NCBI GenBank assembly: GCA_965657355.1
Contig: CBFHOE010000002.1
Coordinates: 288,001-352,000, forward strand
Reading direction: 5' to 3'
Length of the DNA: 64,000 nt
Source: Limisphaerales bacterium
Lineage (GTDB): Bacteria; Verrucomicrobiota; Verrucomicrobiia; Limisphaerales; JAJOIW01
Below are positions 1 through 10,330 of the stretch, piece by piece. The notes under the pieces were generated by a model. That model did not search any database. It had not been told where the DNA came from and saw only the letters and a list, made by a program, of their open reading frames with translations. Position numbers and translations under genes: made by a program. Every line of letters begins with the position of its first letter. Position 1 is the stretch's first letter.

Positions 1-873
1 ATAATCTGCTACGAAATCTGAAATCGTAAAATCAATTTCGTGGCCAACCGCTGAAATTATTGGGATTTTGCTTTCAAAAATTGTTCGAGCTAAAAGTTCT
101 TCATTGAATGCCCAGAGGTCCTCTAGACTTCCACCACCTCTTGTCAGAAGTATGGCATCCAATCTTTTTGATGTGATCGAAAATTGATTTAGCGTTTTAA
201 CACCTGTGGCTATTTCTGACGCAGCCCCATCACCTTGAACCTTACTTGGAATGATGAACAGTTCCAATCCAGCATATCTTCTCTCCAGAACATGTAGGAA
301 ATCTTTAATAGCTGCCCCCGAGGTGGATGTCACCACACCCAATCTGGAAATGTATCTTGGCAGAGGAGCTTTATTCTTTTGGTCGAATAAGCCTTCATTA
401 TTCAGTTTTTCCTTGAGGCGATCGAATGCAATTTGCAGGGCTCCTCGGCCAGCGGGTTCAACAGATCTCACTATAACTTGATATTGTCCCCTTGCTTCGT
501 AGACGGAAATCCCTCCACCTATAATAACTTCTTGTCCATCTTCCAGATAATCTCTATCCACACCCCTCTGTCGTCGAAATAAAACACATTGTATCTGAGC
601 CGAAGCATCTTTAATGGAAAAATAAATATGTCCAGAGCTTTGAACTCTCAAATTAGTTATCTCGCCCCTAACCTTAATAGAACCATATTCCAGTTCTAAA
701 ACCGACCGAATCCTTGCTGTCAATTCTGATACAGATAATGGAGTGTTGAGGTTATCTGTATCCTCAACAGTTTCCGATGTAACTGGGCGAACCTCCTCTT
801 TATCTTTTTTAGCAGATGGAGCATTCTCAAATAAATCATCAAACTCCCATTGACTGGATAATTTTTTTTTCAT
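1..873 (-). CDS. xseA: Exodeoxyribonuclease VII large subunit (5' part; runs off the window edge)
   Basis: Not in the ORF track. Manual translation from ATG at 873 gives MKKKLSSQWEF...SVSELT...VRGEITN...SSGHIYFSIKD...GQYQ...GVVTSTSGAA...RGGGSLEDLWAFNEE...SAVGHEIDFTISDFVAD, which are diagnostic XseA motifs. Confidence 0.95.
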   Translation of the reverse strand, partial: MKKKLSSQWEFDDLFENAPSAKKDKEEVRPVTSETVEDTDNLNTPLSVSELTARIRSVLELEYGSIKVRGEITNLRVQSSGHIYFSIKDASAQIQCVLFRRQRGVDRDYLEDGQEVIIGGGISVYEARGQYQVIVRSVEPAGRGALQIAFDRLKEKLNNEGLFDQKNKAPLPRYISRLGVVTSTSGAAIKDFLHVLERRYAGLELFIIPSKVQGDGAASEIATGVKTLNQFSITSKRLDAILLTRGGGSLEDLWAFNEELLARTIFESKIPIISAVGHEIDFTISDFVADY

Positions 874-915
874 TTTTACGCTTATGAATTTAGAAAAGGC
901 GGCCCATATATTATT

Positions 916-1707
916 TCAGTCATTGACGGACCGGGACACTCTTTTAATAGCCGTACAAACCCCTGATTCAGAATCCAGGCTAGCGATGATTCCATGCAAT
1001 TTCTTGTCTTTCGCGCAGACAGGAAACCTTGATGGGGCAAGCGTTTTAAACCCCTTGATAACGGGTTCTTTTTCTCTTCCTATAACTCCACCATGCCCGC
1101 CACAGAAACCAACATCAGTTATATAACCTGTTCCATTTTCCAGCACATTTTCATCTGCCGTTTGGACATGGGTATGTGTTCCAACAACAAGACTAACTTT
1201 GCCATCTAAATACCAGCCCATGGCAATTTTTTCACTTGTAGCCTCGGCGTGAAAATCAACCAGAATCATTGAAGCCTCGGACTTTAACATCCCGACAACC
1301 CCATCAATAAGATTGAATGGATTTTCAAGAGGGTTCATAAAAGTGCGCCCCTGAATATTAATAATACCCAAGCAAGGCAACCCCTCCTTTTGTATAACGC
1401 CAAAACCACTACCTGAGGTGCCATCCGGATAATTAAATGGCCGAAAAAATCTTTCTTCATTGTTTAGAAGATGAATAACGTCTTTTTGTTTCCAGATATG
1501 ATCTCCCATGGTAATTGCATCAACACCATATGAGAATATTTCATCTGCAACACCCGGGGTGATTCCAGAGCCTCCGGCAGCATTCTCCCCATTTACCACA
1601 ACATAAGAAACACCCTCGCTCTCGACTATTGAAGAAAGTGAGCCCCTGAGACAATCTCGACCAGGTTGTCCGACTATATCCCCTAAAAAAAGAACATTAA
1701 TCTTCAT
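916..1707 (-). CDS. ymdB: YmdB-like (TIGR00282-type) calcineurin-like metallophosphoesterase
   Basis: Motifs GDIVG, NGENAAGG, TMGDH, DFHAEATSEK, GTHTHVQTAD, YITDVG. Confidence 0.9.
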   Translation of the reverse strand: MKINVLFLGDIVGQPGRDCLRGSLSSIVESEGVSYVVVNGENAAGGSGITPGVADEIFSYGVDAITMGDHIWKQKDVIHLLNNEERFFRPFNYPDGTSGSGFGVIQKEGLPCLGIINIQGRTFMNPLENPFNLIDGVVGMLKSEASMILVDFHAEATSEKIAMGWYLDGKVSLVVGTHTHVQTADENVLENGTGYITDVGFCGGHGGVIGREKEPVIKGFKTLAPSRFPVCAKDKKLHGIIASLDSESGVCTAIKRVSRSVND

Positions 1708-1969
1708 TCAGATTATAATAATACCGAAATTCTGCGTTTAAATCACTGAAGAACTTTGAATCTGGTATTCTTTTGAATTCGGACATAAATCAAACTGTTT
1801 GAAGCCACGGATCCAACAAAATAAAGTGGTCAAAAATTAAAACTGAACAGAACCGATTGAGTAACTGCCAAGCTGTGGTTATTCGAACCAATAGATGCAC
1901 CTGATTGGTTTTGATCTTTTTTAAATCATTACGTATTGTTGGTGGGTAATTCGCTAACAAAACATCAAA

Positions 1970-3205
1970 ATGAGATTATTAAACTTTAGTAGAATGTGTC
2001 CGCTCATTGCATTCACGTTCGTCATAACAGCATCGGTTCAGCAAAACCTTTCGGCCGCTGATTGGCCTCATTGGAGAGGACCAAACTATAACGGCATATC
2101 GGAAGAAAAAGACTGGAAAATAGATTTTGGAGGAAGGCGTGGACCGAATGTTCTTTGGAAAAAATCGATCGGATCAGGTTATTCGAGTGTTGTGGTTTCA
2201 GAGGGAAAACTTCTCATTCTAGGCTTGAAAGGATCCGAAGAAACTCTGTCATGTCTGGATGCTGAATCTGGCGATGAAATCTGGTCCTATAGTTACAAAA
2301 CAACATTCAAACCAAAGTTTTATGACGGTGGAACAAGTGGCACGGCAACAATAGATGGCGGAAAAGCCTATCTAGCTAACCAGACTGGATCCGTATTTTG
2401 TTTCGATATGTCATCAGGGGATGTGATTTGGAAAAATAACATCAAATCCAAACTAAATTTAAAAATTGGAATATGGGGGATCACGGGCTCTCCATTTGCA
2501 TATGGAGACACAGTCATTGTCAATGCTGGCAAATGTGGCGTGGCACTTTCAAAATCTGATGGAAAAATACTCTGGTCGACAGGGAACAACGAAAATGGTT
2601 ATGCGACACCTGTCCCATTTAAATGGAAAGGGCAAGATAGAATCGCAGTTTTTGGAGCTAAGGCACTGTATTCGGTTGACCCCAAATCGGGTTCCGAGGA
2701 TTGGAGCTATGACTGGGTAACAATGTATGATGTAAATGCTGCGGATCCCGTATTTTTAGATGAATCCCACATACTACTTAGCTCTGGCTATGGCAAAGGC
2801 GCTACTCTTATTTCATTGAATGACCAAGGGGCTAAAGAAGTTTGGAAAAACAAAAACTTACGCACCCAGTTCAATGCAGCGATACTTCATAATGGGTATT
2901 TCTATGGAGTTGATGGAAATACCTCGGACAAAGGCACTTTAAATTGCATCGAGGCAAAAACTGGTAAACTCATCTGGAAAGAGAAAAACATCGGGTCTGG
3001 TGGTCTGATACTTTCAAATGACCACCTTATTGTCGTTACCGAGCGCGGACAAATCCTCATATCAAAGGCATCGCCAGACGGATTTAAGCCCGTAACCAGG
3101 AAACAAATTTATGGAGGAAAAACCTGGACCGTCCCAACGTTGGCCAACGGGATCCTCTACTGCAGGAATTCAAGAGGTGACCTCGTCGCGCTCAACATGA
3201 AATAA
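1970..3205 (+). CDS. Secreted PQQ-binding-like beta-propeller protein (BamB-like family expanded in PVC bacteria)
   Basis: Signal peptide followed by ADWPHWRGP, with repeated 'DAxSGxxIW' Trp-docking motifs. Confidence 0.85.
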   Translation: MRLLNFSRMCPLIAFTFVITASVQQNLSAADWPHWRGPNYNGISEEKDWKIDFGGRRGPNVLWKKSIGSGYSSVVVSEGKLLILGLKGSEETLSCLDAESGDEIWSYSYKTTFKPKFYDGGTSGTATIDGGKAYLANQTGSVFCFDMSSGDVIWKNNIKSKLNLKIGIWGITGSPFAYGDTVIVNAGKCGVALSKSDGKILWSTGNNENGYATPVPFKWKGQDRIAVFGAKALYSVDPKSGSEDWSYDWVTMYDVNAADPVFLDESHILLSSGYGKGATLISLNDQGAKEVWKNKNLRTQFNAAILHNGYFYGVDGNTSDKGTLNCIEAKTGKLIWKEKNIGSGGLILSNDHLIVVTERGQILISKASPDGFKPVTRKQIYGGKTWTVPTLANGILYCRNSRGDLVALNMK

Positions 3206-3257
3206 ATAGGACCGCAATAATTACTAAAAATCAACCAGCAATACTTATTTTGACATC

Positions 3258-3281
3258 AAAAAAGGCCACCTTATGGTGGCC
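3258..3281 (-). terminator. Intrinsic terminator closing the ribosomal supercluster after rplQ
   Basis: GGCCACC-4 nt-GGTGGCC stem followed by T6 on the minus strand. Confidence 0.8.
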
Positions 3282-3322
3282 CTTGTAAAACTTTTTGTTA
3301 TTAAAAGAAATTAGTATCAGAT

Positions 3323-3964
3323 TTAGTCTGACTTTTTACTTTCCTCAGAGTCATCTGAGGAAACATCAGAACTTGAATCTTCTTCCTGCTGGACGGTTTC
3401 CTCACTCGGTGTGGATTCCTCATCACTCGGAGCATCCGCTGCTTCCACAACAGGTGGCTCCTCTTTGGTGACTACCTCAGCTTCGGCAATTGCCGGCTCT
3501 GTAGCCTGAGTGACAGTATCAGCTTTTGTTTCACCCCCAGGAGCTCCGCCTTCAACCCACATCAAAATGGCCTGTTCACCCGCATCACCACGCCTCTTTT
3601 CTGCGAGACGAACTATGCGAGTGTAACCACCGTTTCTATCTTTGAACTGGGGTCCAAGCTCTTCAAACAGGATACGAATAACATCATGATGCATTCTGTA
3701 TGCCTTTTTGTGATCCTTGGTTTTATGGTCGTAAGGGTTGCGTGACTGGTATTGTAGTCTGGCTGATGCAAGCCTCCGGTCATTTAAAGAACCTTTTTTG
3801 GCTAATGTAACCATTTTCTCGGCCACCGGGGCAACAGCCTTGGCTTTGGCCAAAGTAGTTGTGACCCTTTTGTTCTTTATGAGACTCTTGACGAGATTTG
3901 CCATCATGGCGTTCCTGTGGGAACCATTTCGTCCGAGTTTTGCATTTCTTAGTCGGTGTCTCAT
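3323..3964 (-). CDS. rplQ: 50S ribosomal protein L17, with internal insertion and acidic C-terminal tail
   Basis: MRHR...KLGR...HRNAM, TTLAKAK, RNGGYTRI, RRGD; last gene of the alpha operon. Confidence 0.97.
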   Translation of the reverse strand: MRHRLRNAKLGRNGSHRNAMMANLVKSLIKNKRVTTTLAKAKAVAPVAEKMVTLAKKGSLNDRRLASARLQYQSRNPYDHKTKDHKKAYRMHHDVIRILFEELGPQFKDRNGGYTRIVRLAEKRRGDAGEQAILMWVEGGAPGGETKADTVTQATEPAIAEAEVVTKEEPPVVEAADAPSDEESTPSEETVQQEEDSSSDVSSDDSEESKKSD

Positions 3965-3998
3965 GTGCTTATGTCGCTTAAATTTTTAATTCTTTTAC

Positions 3999-5009
3999 TT
4001 ATTCAGATGCGGGAGAGTCCAAAAGTGATGGATCTATTTTCTGCCCTAGAGAAAGACCGAGGCTGTGAAGCTTGTCTTTAATTTCGTTGAGTGATTTTTT
4101 GCCGAAGTTCCGGTATTTCAACATTTCAGCTTCGGTCTTACTTGCCAATTGACCTACCGTTGTGATGTTGGCATTGTTCAAGCAGTTTGCGGCTCTTACG
4201 GAAAGCTCGATCTCATTGACGCTCATATTCAAGAGCTTCTTGAGCTTGTTATGTTCCTCGTCTTTCTTATCTTCAACTTCTTCAAATTCAACCGCATCTT
4301 TATCGTAGCCAACGAACACTTGCAAGTGGTGTTGCAAAATAGCTGAGGCTCTTGTTAATGCGTCGTCAGGAGATAATCTCCCGTCCGTCCAAACTTCAAG
4401 GATAAGTCTGTCATAGTCCGTTCTTTGACCGACCCGAGCATTCTCAACGCCGTATCTCACCCTCCTGACGGGTGAAAAGATTGAATCGATTGCTATTTCA
4501 CCGATAGGCTGGTCAGCCTTTTTATTTGCATCGCCAGGTAGGAAGCCCCTGCCTATCCGGACTTCAAATTCCATCTCGAACTTTCTATGAGAGTCGAGGT
4601 GACAAATGACATGGTCTTTATTGACGACATCCACAATATGAGTTTCCTGAATGTCACCAGCAGTTACAGCACCTTCTTTTTCAACGGAAAGAAGAAGTTT
4701 CTGCGGTTCTCTTTGCTCGTCGGATTTATATTTGAGCAGAACCTTTTTCAAGTTGAGGATAATCTCTGTCATATCCTCAACGACGCCATCGACTGCTGTG
4801 AACTCGTGCATCGCGCCATCGACCTTAATTGTGGTGATTGCAGCGCCCTCTAATGATGAGAGAAGAACACGCCTTAAGGAGTTTCCGATGGTGTGACCAT
4901 AGCCGGTCTCAAATGGCTCAGCTACAAATTTAGCGTAGGTGTCAGTAGACACTTGATCATCTTTCATCAAGCGCCTCGGTAATTCAAAACGTCCTAATCT
5001 TACTGGCAT
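3999..5009 (-). CDS. rpoA: RNA polymerase alpha subunit
   Basis: EPFETGYGHTIGNSLRRVLLSS, IDSIFSPV, ELSVRAANCL, NFGKKSLNEI. Confidence 0.99.
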   Translation of the reverse strand: MPVRLGRFELPRRLMKDDQVSTDTYAKFVAEPFETGYGHTIGNSLRRVLLSSLEGAAITTIKVDGAMHEFTAVDGVVEDMTEIILNLKKVLLKYKSDEQREPQKLLLSVEKEGAVTAGDIQETHIVDVVNKDHVICHLDSHRKFEMEFEVRIGRGFLPGDANKKADQPIGEIAIDSIFSPVRRVRYGVENARVGQRTDYDRLILEVWTDGRLSPDDALTRASAILQHHLQVFVGYDKDAVEFEEVEDKKDEEHNKLKKLLNMSVNEIELSVRAANCLNNANITTVGQLASKTEAEMLKYRNFGKKSLNEIKDKLHSLGLSLGQKIDPSLLDSPASE

Positions 5010-5101
5010 ACTTTTATGGTTGTGAATTTAAACTGAGACAAATCGGATGAGTAAAAGCCGGTGTTACCCACTCCCTCGACGAGCCTCCATATATTCACTA
5101 A

Positions 5102-5710
5102 TTAACGGGAATAGAATTCGATAACGGCTTGCTCATTGGCAACAGGCTGAATTTCCTTCAATGTTGGTATTCTGACCAGACTGCCTTTGAAAGTTTCTTT
5201 GTTCCGTGAGACCCAATCAGGAATGGCTCGGCTAGTGGAAGATTCTATGCCTCTCGTTGCTAGCTGTTTGGAAACAGTAGAGTCTTTGATTTCGATCTCA
5301 TCACCGACTTTTACTGCGTAACTAGAAACGTCAACACGAGTTCCGTTGACCTTGACATGCCCGTGACTCACCATTTGTCTCGCGGCGCGGCGTGTGACAG
5401 CGAAGCCGACATGGTAGATGATGCTATCTAGTCGTGTTTCCAATATCTGAAGCATGACTTCCCCTGTGACCCCCGGCATATTTTTGGCCTTTTCATAAGC
5501 AGCTCTAAACTGTTTTTCCAAGACGCCATAGTAGTAGCGGAACTTTTGCTTTTCCATCAAACCGAGCGCGTAGTCAGAATGCTTCCTACGGGAGCGAGGT
5601 CCGTGCGTTCCAGGTGGATAAGCTTTACGCTCTAGGTATTTCGAAGGTCCGTAGATGGGCGTGCCAAATCGACGGCTTATTCTTTGTTTTGGTCCGGTAT
5701 ATCGTGCCAT
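5102..5710 (-). CDS. rpsD: 30S ribosomal protein S4
   Basis: MARYTGP, EKQK, LETRLD, ARQMVSHGH, VIEFYSR. Confidence 0.99.
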   Translation of the reverse strand: MARYTGPKQRISRRFGTPIYGPSKYLERKAYPPGTHGPRSRRKHSDYALGLMEKQKFRYYYGVLEKQFRAAYEKAKNMPGVTGEVMLQILETRLDSIIYHVGFAVTRRAARQMVSHGHVKVNGTRVDVSSYAVKVGDEIEIKDSTVSKQLATRGIESSTSRAIPDWVSRNKETFKGSLVRIPTLKEIQPVANEQAVIEFYSR

Positions 5711-5726
5711 TGTGGGATAAAATTAA

Positions 5727-6320
5727 TTATACTCTACGCTTCTTACGTGGCCGGCACCCATTGTGAGGAACCGGAGTGACATCTTTAATTGAAGTTATTT
5801 CAAATCCGACAGCTTGGAGAGCCCTAATAGCCGATTCTCGTCCAGAACCCGGACCTTTGACCCGAACTTCAACCTGTTTAAGGCCGTGAGACATTGCAGA
5901 GCGAGCAGCGTCTTGTGCGACCTGTTGCGCTGCAAAAGCAGTGGATTTTCTTGACCCTTTGAAGCCCGCTTTACCAGCACTAGACCATGCTATGGTGTTG
6001 CCTTGCATGTCAGATATTGTGACGAGCGTGTTGTTGAAAGTAGCAGAAATTGTAACAATACCACTGGTAATGTTTTTAGAGCCTTTGGCCTTGACGACCT
6101 TAACTGGCTGAACTTCTGCGCCTAAGAGCTCTGAAGACGTGGGGGCCGTTCCCGCAACGAGACCTCCTGATTCAGATGTCTTCTCACCTTTTGCAGGTTT
6201 CTCTTCCTTCTTCGCAGGTTCTTTTTTCTCGGCTTGCTCTTTAGCAATGGGAGCCTCAGCTGCCGGTGGTTCCGGAGCAGCCTCTGGTTTAGGTTCTGGG
6301 TTTGTATTTTCTTCAGCCAT
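5727..6320 (-). CDS. rpsK: 30S ribosomal protein S11 with long N-terminal extension
   Basis: [36 protein letters not shown]. Confidence 0.98.
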   Translation of the reverse strand: MAEENTNPEPKPEAAPEPPAAEAPIAKEQAEKKEPAKKEEKPAKGEKTSESGGLVAGTAPTSSELLGAEVQPVKVVKAKGSKNITSGIVTISATFNNTLVTISDMQGNTIAWSSAGKAGFKGSRKSTAFAAQQVAQDAARSAMSHGLKQVEVRVKGPGSGRESAIRALQAVGFEITSIKDVTPVPHNGCRPRKKRRV

Positions 6321-6364
6321 AACTGGAGATCAAAAAATCAATTTGTTTATAATGGGTTAATATT

Positions 6365-6736
6365 TTATTTGCGTTTAATGCCGACAGTTTTTCTCTTACC
6401 TTTTCTTGTTCTGGCATTAGTGGAAGTTCTTTGACCCCTAGCAGGTAAACTTCTAATGTGTCTCCAGCCTCGATAGCACTTAATGGCCTGAAGACGCTTC
6501 AGGTTCATAGCAATATCACGCCTTAGGTCACCTTCGATGATATACTGACCCTTCTGGATGGTCTGAGTTATTTTTGCTAATTGCTGTTCATCCAATTCAC
6601 GCGCACGAAGATTAGGATCCACGCCTGAGGCTTCGAGAATCTCTTCAGAGATCTTCGGTCCTATGCCATAGATATAACGCAAAGCGAAACCAATTTTTTT
6701 CCTATCAGGAATTTCTACACCAATGATACGAGCCAT
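6365..6736 (-). CDS. rpsM: 30S ribosomal protein S13
   Basis: MARIIGV, IYGIG, EGDLRR, YRGWRH, RGQRTSTNARTRKG. Confidence 0.99.
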   Translation of the reverse strand: MARIIGVEIPDRKKIGFALRYIYGIGPKISEEILEASGVDPNLRARELDEQQLAKITQTIQKGQYIIEGDLRRDIAMNLKRLQAIKCYRGWRHIRSLPARGQRTSTNARTRKGKRKTVGIKRK

Positions 6737-6754
6737 TTTCTTATGTTTTTAAAT

Positions 6755-6868
6755 CTAGCCTTGTCTTTGCTTGTGACGCGGGTTTTTACAAACAACACGA
6801 ACTATCCCTCTCCGCCGGATGATTCGGCAGTTTTCGCAAAGCCTCTTAATGGATGCACGAACTTTCAT
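6755..6868 (-). CDS. rpmJ: 50S ribosomal protein L36, zinc-ribbon form (37 aa, below the ORF-track cutoff)
   Basis: Manual translation: [37 protein letters not shown]. Confidence 0.98.
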   Translation of the reverse strand: MKVRASIKRLCENCRIIRRRGIVRVVCKNPRHKQRQG

Positions 6869-6887
6869 TTTTAAACGAGTCGGTTAT

Positions 6888-7667
6888 CTAAACAGAACCT
6901 TCAGGCACTGTCAATGTCTCAGGATCACCCTGAGTAATTAAAATTGTATGCTCAAAGTGAGCCGATGGTTTCCTGTCTTTTGCAAGGACTGTCCAACCAT
7001 CTTCCATAAATTGAACCTCGGGCGTTCCGGCATTGACCATCGGCTCAATCGCCAGTGTCATCCCCGGCTTCAATACCGGTGATCGACTACCGTCCGCAAA
7101 GTTCGGTACTTGAGGCGGTTCGTGGAGTTTCCTCCCGACACCATGCCCCACAAATTCTTTAACAATGTGGAATCCATGGGATTCCACCCAATCTTGTATG
7201 GCACCCGATATTTCTGATAATCGGTTGCCTGCACGGGCTTTTTCGATACCCTTCTGCAAGGATGTTTTTGTAACGTCCAACAGATTTTGATTTTCTATTG
7301 AGCATCCACCAACGGGCACTGTTCGGGCATTGTCCCCAATGAACCCATTGAAGACGACGCCGACGTCCAAGCTCACAATGTCCCCGTGTTCCAAAACCCT
7401 CTTTGACGCTAATCCGTGTACTATTTCCTCATTGGGGGAAATACATATGTGACATGGGTAAACTCTTCTCCCTTGTCGGTATCCCAAAAAGGCGGACTTC
7501 GTATTGAATTTACGAATTAGCTCAGCTGCATACTGATCGATCTCAAGGGTGGTCACGCCTGGTCGGACGAAGTCGCAAACGAGATCAAGAATCTTCCTGG
7601 CCAATTGACAAGCAGGTCTCATGGCCTCCAGATCTTTTTCAGATTTGAGCTTAGCTTGTCCCTCCAA
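6888..7667 (-). CDS. map: Methionine aminopeptidase type I (start placed at TTG 7667; the track start at 7742 overlaps secY)
   Basis: CISPNEEIVHG, DVGV, GDNART, GHGVG..HEPP, AIEPM, SAHFEHT. Confidence 0.95.
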   Translation of the reverse strand: MEGQAKLKSEKDLEAMRPACQLARKILDLVCDFVRPGVTTLEIDQYAAELIRKFNTKSAFLGYRQGRRVYPCHICISPNEEIVHGLASKRVLEHGDIVSLDVGVVFNGFIGDNARTVPVGGCSIENQNLLDVTKTSLQKGIEKARAGNRLSEISGAIQDWVESHGFHIVKEFVGHGVGRKLHEPPQVPNFADGSRSPVLKPGMTLAIEPMVNAGTPEVQFMEDGWTVLAKDRKPSAHFEHTILITQGDPETLTVPEGSV

Positions 7668-7713
7668 AATCAGATCAATAAAAGTGGTTAATAAGCAAAG
7701 CCGACAGGAGTGA

Positions 7714-9117
7714 CTAGCTGCGTCCTCTAAGACGAGGGCCACGCCCTGTCCCTTTTCCCTTTTTGGAAAAGCCGTCGTAGTGTCTTTGCATGAGATATGA
7801 CTCTAGTTGTCTTGTTGTATCCAACATGACGCCGACAGTAATCAGGATCGAAGTTCCTCCGAAGAACTGTGATACGGCGAATGGTATTTTTAGACTACTA
7901 GAAAGCATGAGCGGAATAATCGCGATAATTGTCAAAAAGATAGCACCAGCGAGTGTTATCCTGCTCATCGTATTGTGTAAAAAAGTTGTTGTTGGTTTTC
8001 CTGGGCGCACTCCGGGTATGTATCCACCATTTCTTTTCAAATCATCCGATATTTGGATTTCATTGAATTGGGTGGACACCCAAAAATATGAGAAAAACAA
8101 AATCATGAGTGAGTATGTCAGGATGTAAACGAGAGAGCCTGCGCTGAAGGCCCGACCTAAGCTTAGGAAGAATCCTATGTCAAAATTTCTACCAATCGTG
8201 CTAAATAGCTGCTCGGGAAACATCAATATGGCCTGTGCAAAAATGATAGGCATGACTCCGGCCATGTTGACACGGAGAGGCATGTAGGAGGAGCCGCCTG
8301 GAACTACTTTTCTACCCACGCTTCGTTGCGCGTATTGAACTGGAATCTTACGCACGGCCTGGGTTACAGCGATAACGGCAGCCACAACACCAATCAACAG
8401 GGCAACTAAAGCTACAGCGTGCAATAAATGATAGTTTGATGTGGTTCCCTCAGGAGGGAAAAACATATTGTTGAGCTGAGCAAAAGTCATTGGCAATCCA
8501 CTAATGATACCGATAGTAATTACCAAGGAAATACCATTACCAACTCCTCTTTCTGTTATTTGCTCACCAAGCCACAAAAGGAGCATTGTGCCCGCGGTTA
8601 GGAATATAGTCGTCTGAGCGACATATAGAAATTTATTTTGAACGATAACAAGTTGTCCCTCAAAACCATTAAAGAGAGCTCCGGGATTTAACCAACCAAG
8701 GCTCATGACGGCACCTTGTCCAAGACATAAGAGGACAGTCAGGATTCTGGAATACCGCATTATGGTGACTCGACCACCCTCCTCTCTTGATAATTTGCTG
8801 AGCTGAGGAATAACAGCACTCAAGAGCTGGATTATGATCGTAGCCGTGATATACGGCATGATTCCCAAAGACCCAACAGCACATCTAGCTAAAGCACCAC
8901 CCGTGAATACATTAAACAAACCAAGGACATTACCGCTTTGTTGGTTACTCGCCTGTTCCGCTAAGAACTCAGCTAGTTGCGCCCCATCCAAGCCAGGAAT
9001 AGGTATAATAGCGATGAAACGACAGGTGAGAAGCAAAGTTGCCGTGAATATAATCCGCTGCCTTAGCTCTTCAACTTTAAAGCTGTTTCGGAATGTGCTG
9101 AAAATCTGGCCAAACAT
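7714..9117 (-). CDS. secY: Preprotein translocase subunit SecY
   Basis: LGIMPYITATII, WLGEQITERGVGNGISL, AGVMPIIFA, IPGVRPG, FGGTSILITVGV; multiple TM segments. Confidence 0.99.
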   Translation of the reverse strand: MFGQIFSTFRNSFKVEELRQRIIFTATLLLTCRFIAIIPIPGLDGAQLAEFLAEQASNQQSGNVLGLFNVFTGGALARCAVGSLGIMPYITATIIIQLLSAVIPQLSKLSREEGGRVTIMRYSRILTVLLCLGQGAVMSLGWLNPGALFNGFEGQLVIVQNKFLYVAQTTIFLTAGTMLLLWLGEQITERGVGNGISLVITIGIISGLPMTFAQLNNMFFPPEGTTSNYHLLHAVALVALLIGVVAAVIAVTQAVRKIPVQYAQRSVGRKVVPGGSSYMPLRVNMAGVMPIIFAQAILMFPEQLFSTIGRNFDIGFFLSLGRAFSAGSLVYILTYSLMILFFSYFWVSTQFNEIQISDDLKRNGGYIPGVRPGKPTTTFLHNTMSRITLAGAIFLTIIAIIPLMLSSSLKIPFAVSQFFGGTSILITVGVMLDTTRQLESYLMQRHYDGFSKKGKGTGRGPRLRGRS

Positions 9118-9139
9118 GGGTCGTTTTTTTAAATAGTGC

Positions 9140-9589
9140 TCAGTCTAACTTGGTAAAACTACCTCCGGCAGCTTCAATCTGACTCACTGCAGACTGGCTA
9201 GCAGCGTGTGCTTTAATATTAAATTTCTTACTTGTCGAGCCACGAGCAAGGATTTTAATACCGTTATATTGTCCATTAGCCAAACCAGCGGAAATAATGG
9301 CATCGAGATCAATGGATGCGCCATCTTCGAAGTGTTTGTCGAGTTGGCAAATATTCACCGGAGCGAAATATTTGCGATGCATTCCATTGTTAAAGCCGCG
9401 TTTTGGCAATCGACGTATCAGGGGCATCTGACCACCCTCAAAACCAGGCCTGGTTGATCCACCAGATCTGGACATTTGGCCTTTGTGTCCCCTGCCACTT
9501 GTTTTTCCGTGACCACTTCCTTCACCACAGCCAAGACGCTTTCTTCTGTGCCTAGACCCTGGAGCCGGTTTTAAATTGTGTAATCTCAT
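9140..9589 (-). CDS. rplO: 50S ribosomal protein L15
   Basis: GKTSGRGHKGQ, GFEGGQMPL.RRLPKRGF. Confidence 0.99.
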   Translation of the reverse strand: MRLHNLKPAPGSRHRRKRLGCGEGSGHGKTSGRGHKGQMSRSGGSTRPGFEGGQMPLIRRLPKRGFNNGMHRKYFAPVNICQLDKHFEDGASIDLDAIISAGLANGQYNGIKILARGSTSKKFNIKAHAASQSAVSQIEAAGGSFTKLD

Positions 9590-9634
9590 TTTTTTATTCT
9601 TTTTTTATCCTATTTTGATCACAGGTCAGCCAAA

Positions 9635-10303
9635 TCAGGCAGTTGGAGCGCTTTCAGCTTCGCCTTCTTCCTTTGATTCAGAAGCCGGCTCTGCCTGAGC
9701 TGGAGGATCTAGTTTGATTCCTCTTTGACTATAAATTTCTTGTTTCTGACGAAGCTGAAGTAATGCGTGCAGAGATGCCTTGGCAACGTTGGCCGGATTT
9801 CTACTTCCCAGAGATTTAGAAAGGATGTTGCGAATTCCAGCAGATTCCAAAACAGCTCGAACAGTCTTTCCTGCAATAATACCAGTACCTTCGGCAGCAG
9901 GTCTCAAGAGAACTCTTGCTCCGTCAAAATCACAGACCACATCGTGCGGAATGGTCCCTGAAGTTATGGCTACCGACGTCATTTTCTTTCTCGCGACCTC
10001 GTTGCCCTTGCGTATCGCATCTGCAACCTCATTAGCTTTTCCCAGTCCAAGGCCGACTTTGCCATTTTTGTCACCAACGACGACAAGCGCTGAGAAACTG
10101 AAACGGCGGCCCCCTTTTACGACCTTTGAGGAGCGATTAATAAAGATGACCTTTTCCATGATGCCATCATCTTTTTGATTATCACGATCCTGATTGCGAT
10201 TACGTCGTGGACCACGGCGGTTTCCTTGATCACCGCCACGATGACGGCCTCCATTGTTAGAGGAGGGCCTTTGCTGGTTCTGTTGCTGTTGATTTTCTGC
10301 CAC
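9635..10303 (-). CDS. rpsE: 30S ribosomal protein S5 with low-complexity N-terminal extension
   Basis: [35 protein letters not shown] start. Confidence 0.98.
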   Translation of the reverse strand: MAENQQQQNQQRPSSNNGGRHRGGDQGNRRGPRRNRNQDRDNQKDDGIMEKVIFINRSSKVVKGGRRFSFSALVVVGDKNGKVGLGLGKANEVADAIRKGNEVARKKMTSVAITSGTIPHDVVCDFDGARVLLRPAAEGTGIIAGKTVRAVLESAGIRNILSKSLGSRNPANVAKASLHALLQLRQKQEIYSQRGIKLDPPAQAEPASESKEEGEAESAPTA

Positions 10304-10330
10304 TATTTCAGTCCGTTAAATTAATATTTA

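Noticed and set aside
1708..1969. Possible 6S RNA upstream of ymdB
   Set aside because: AT-rich divergent promoter region with only a short AACCAAT/ATTGGTT stem; no long 6S-like rod is visible.
7668..7742. N-terminal extension of map overlapping secY, as given in the ORF track
   Set aside because: Similarity to Map begins near KLKSEKDL; the TTG at 7667 is a more plausible start.
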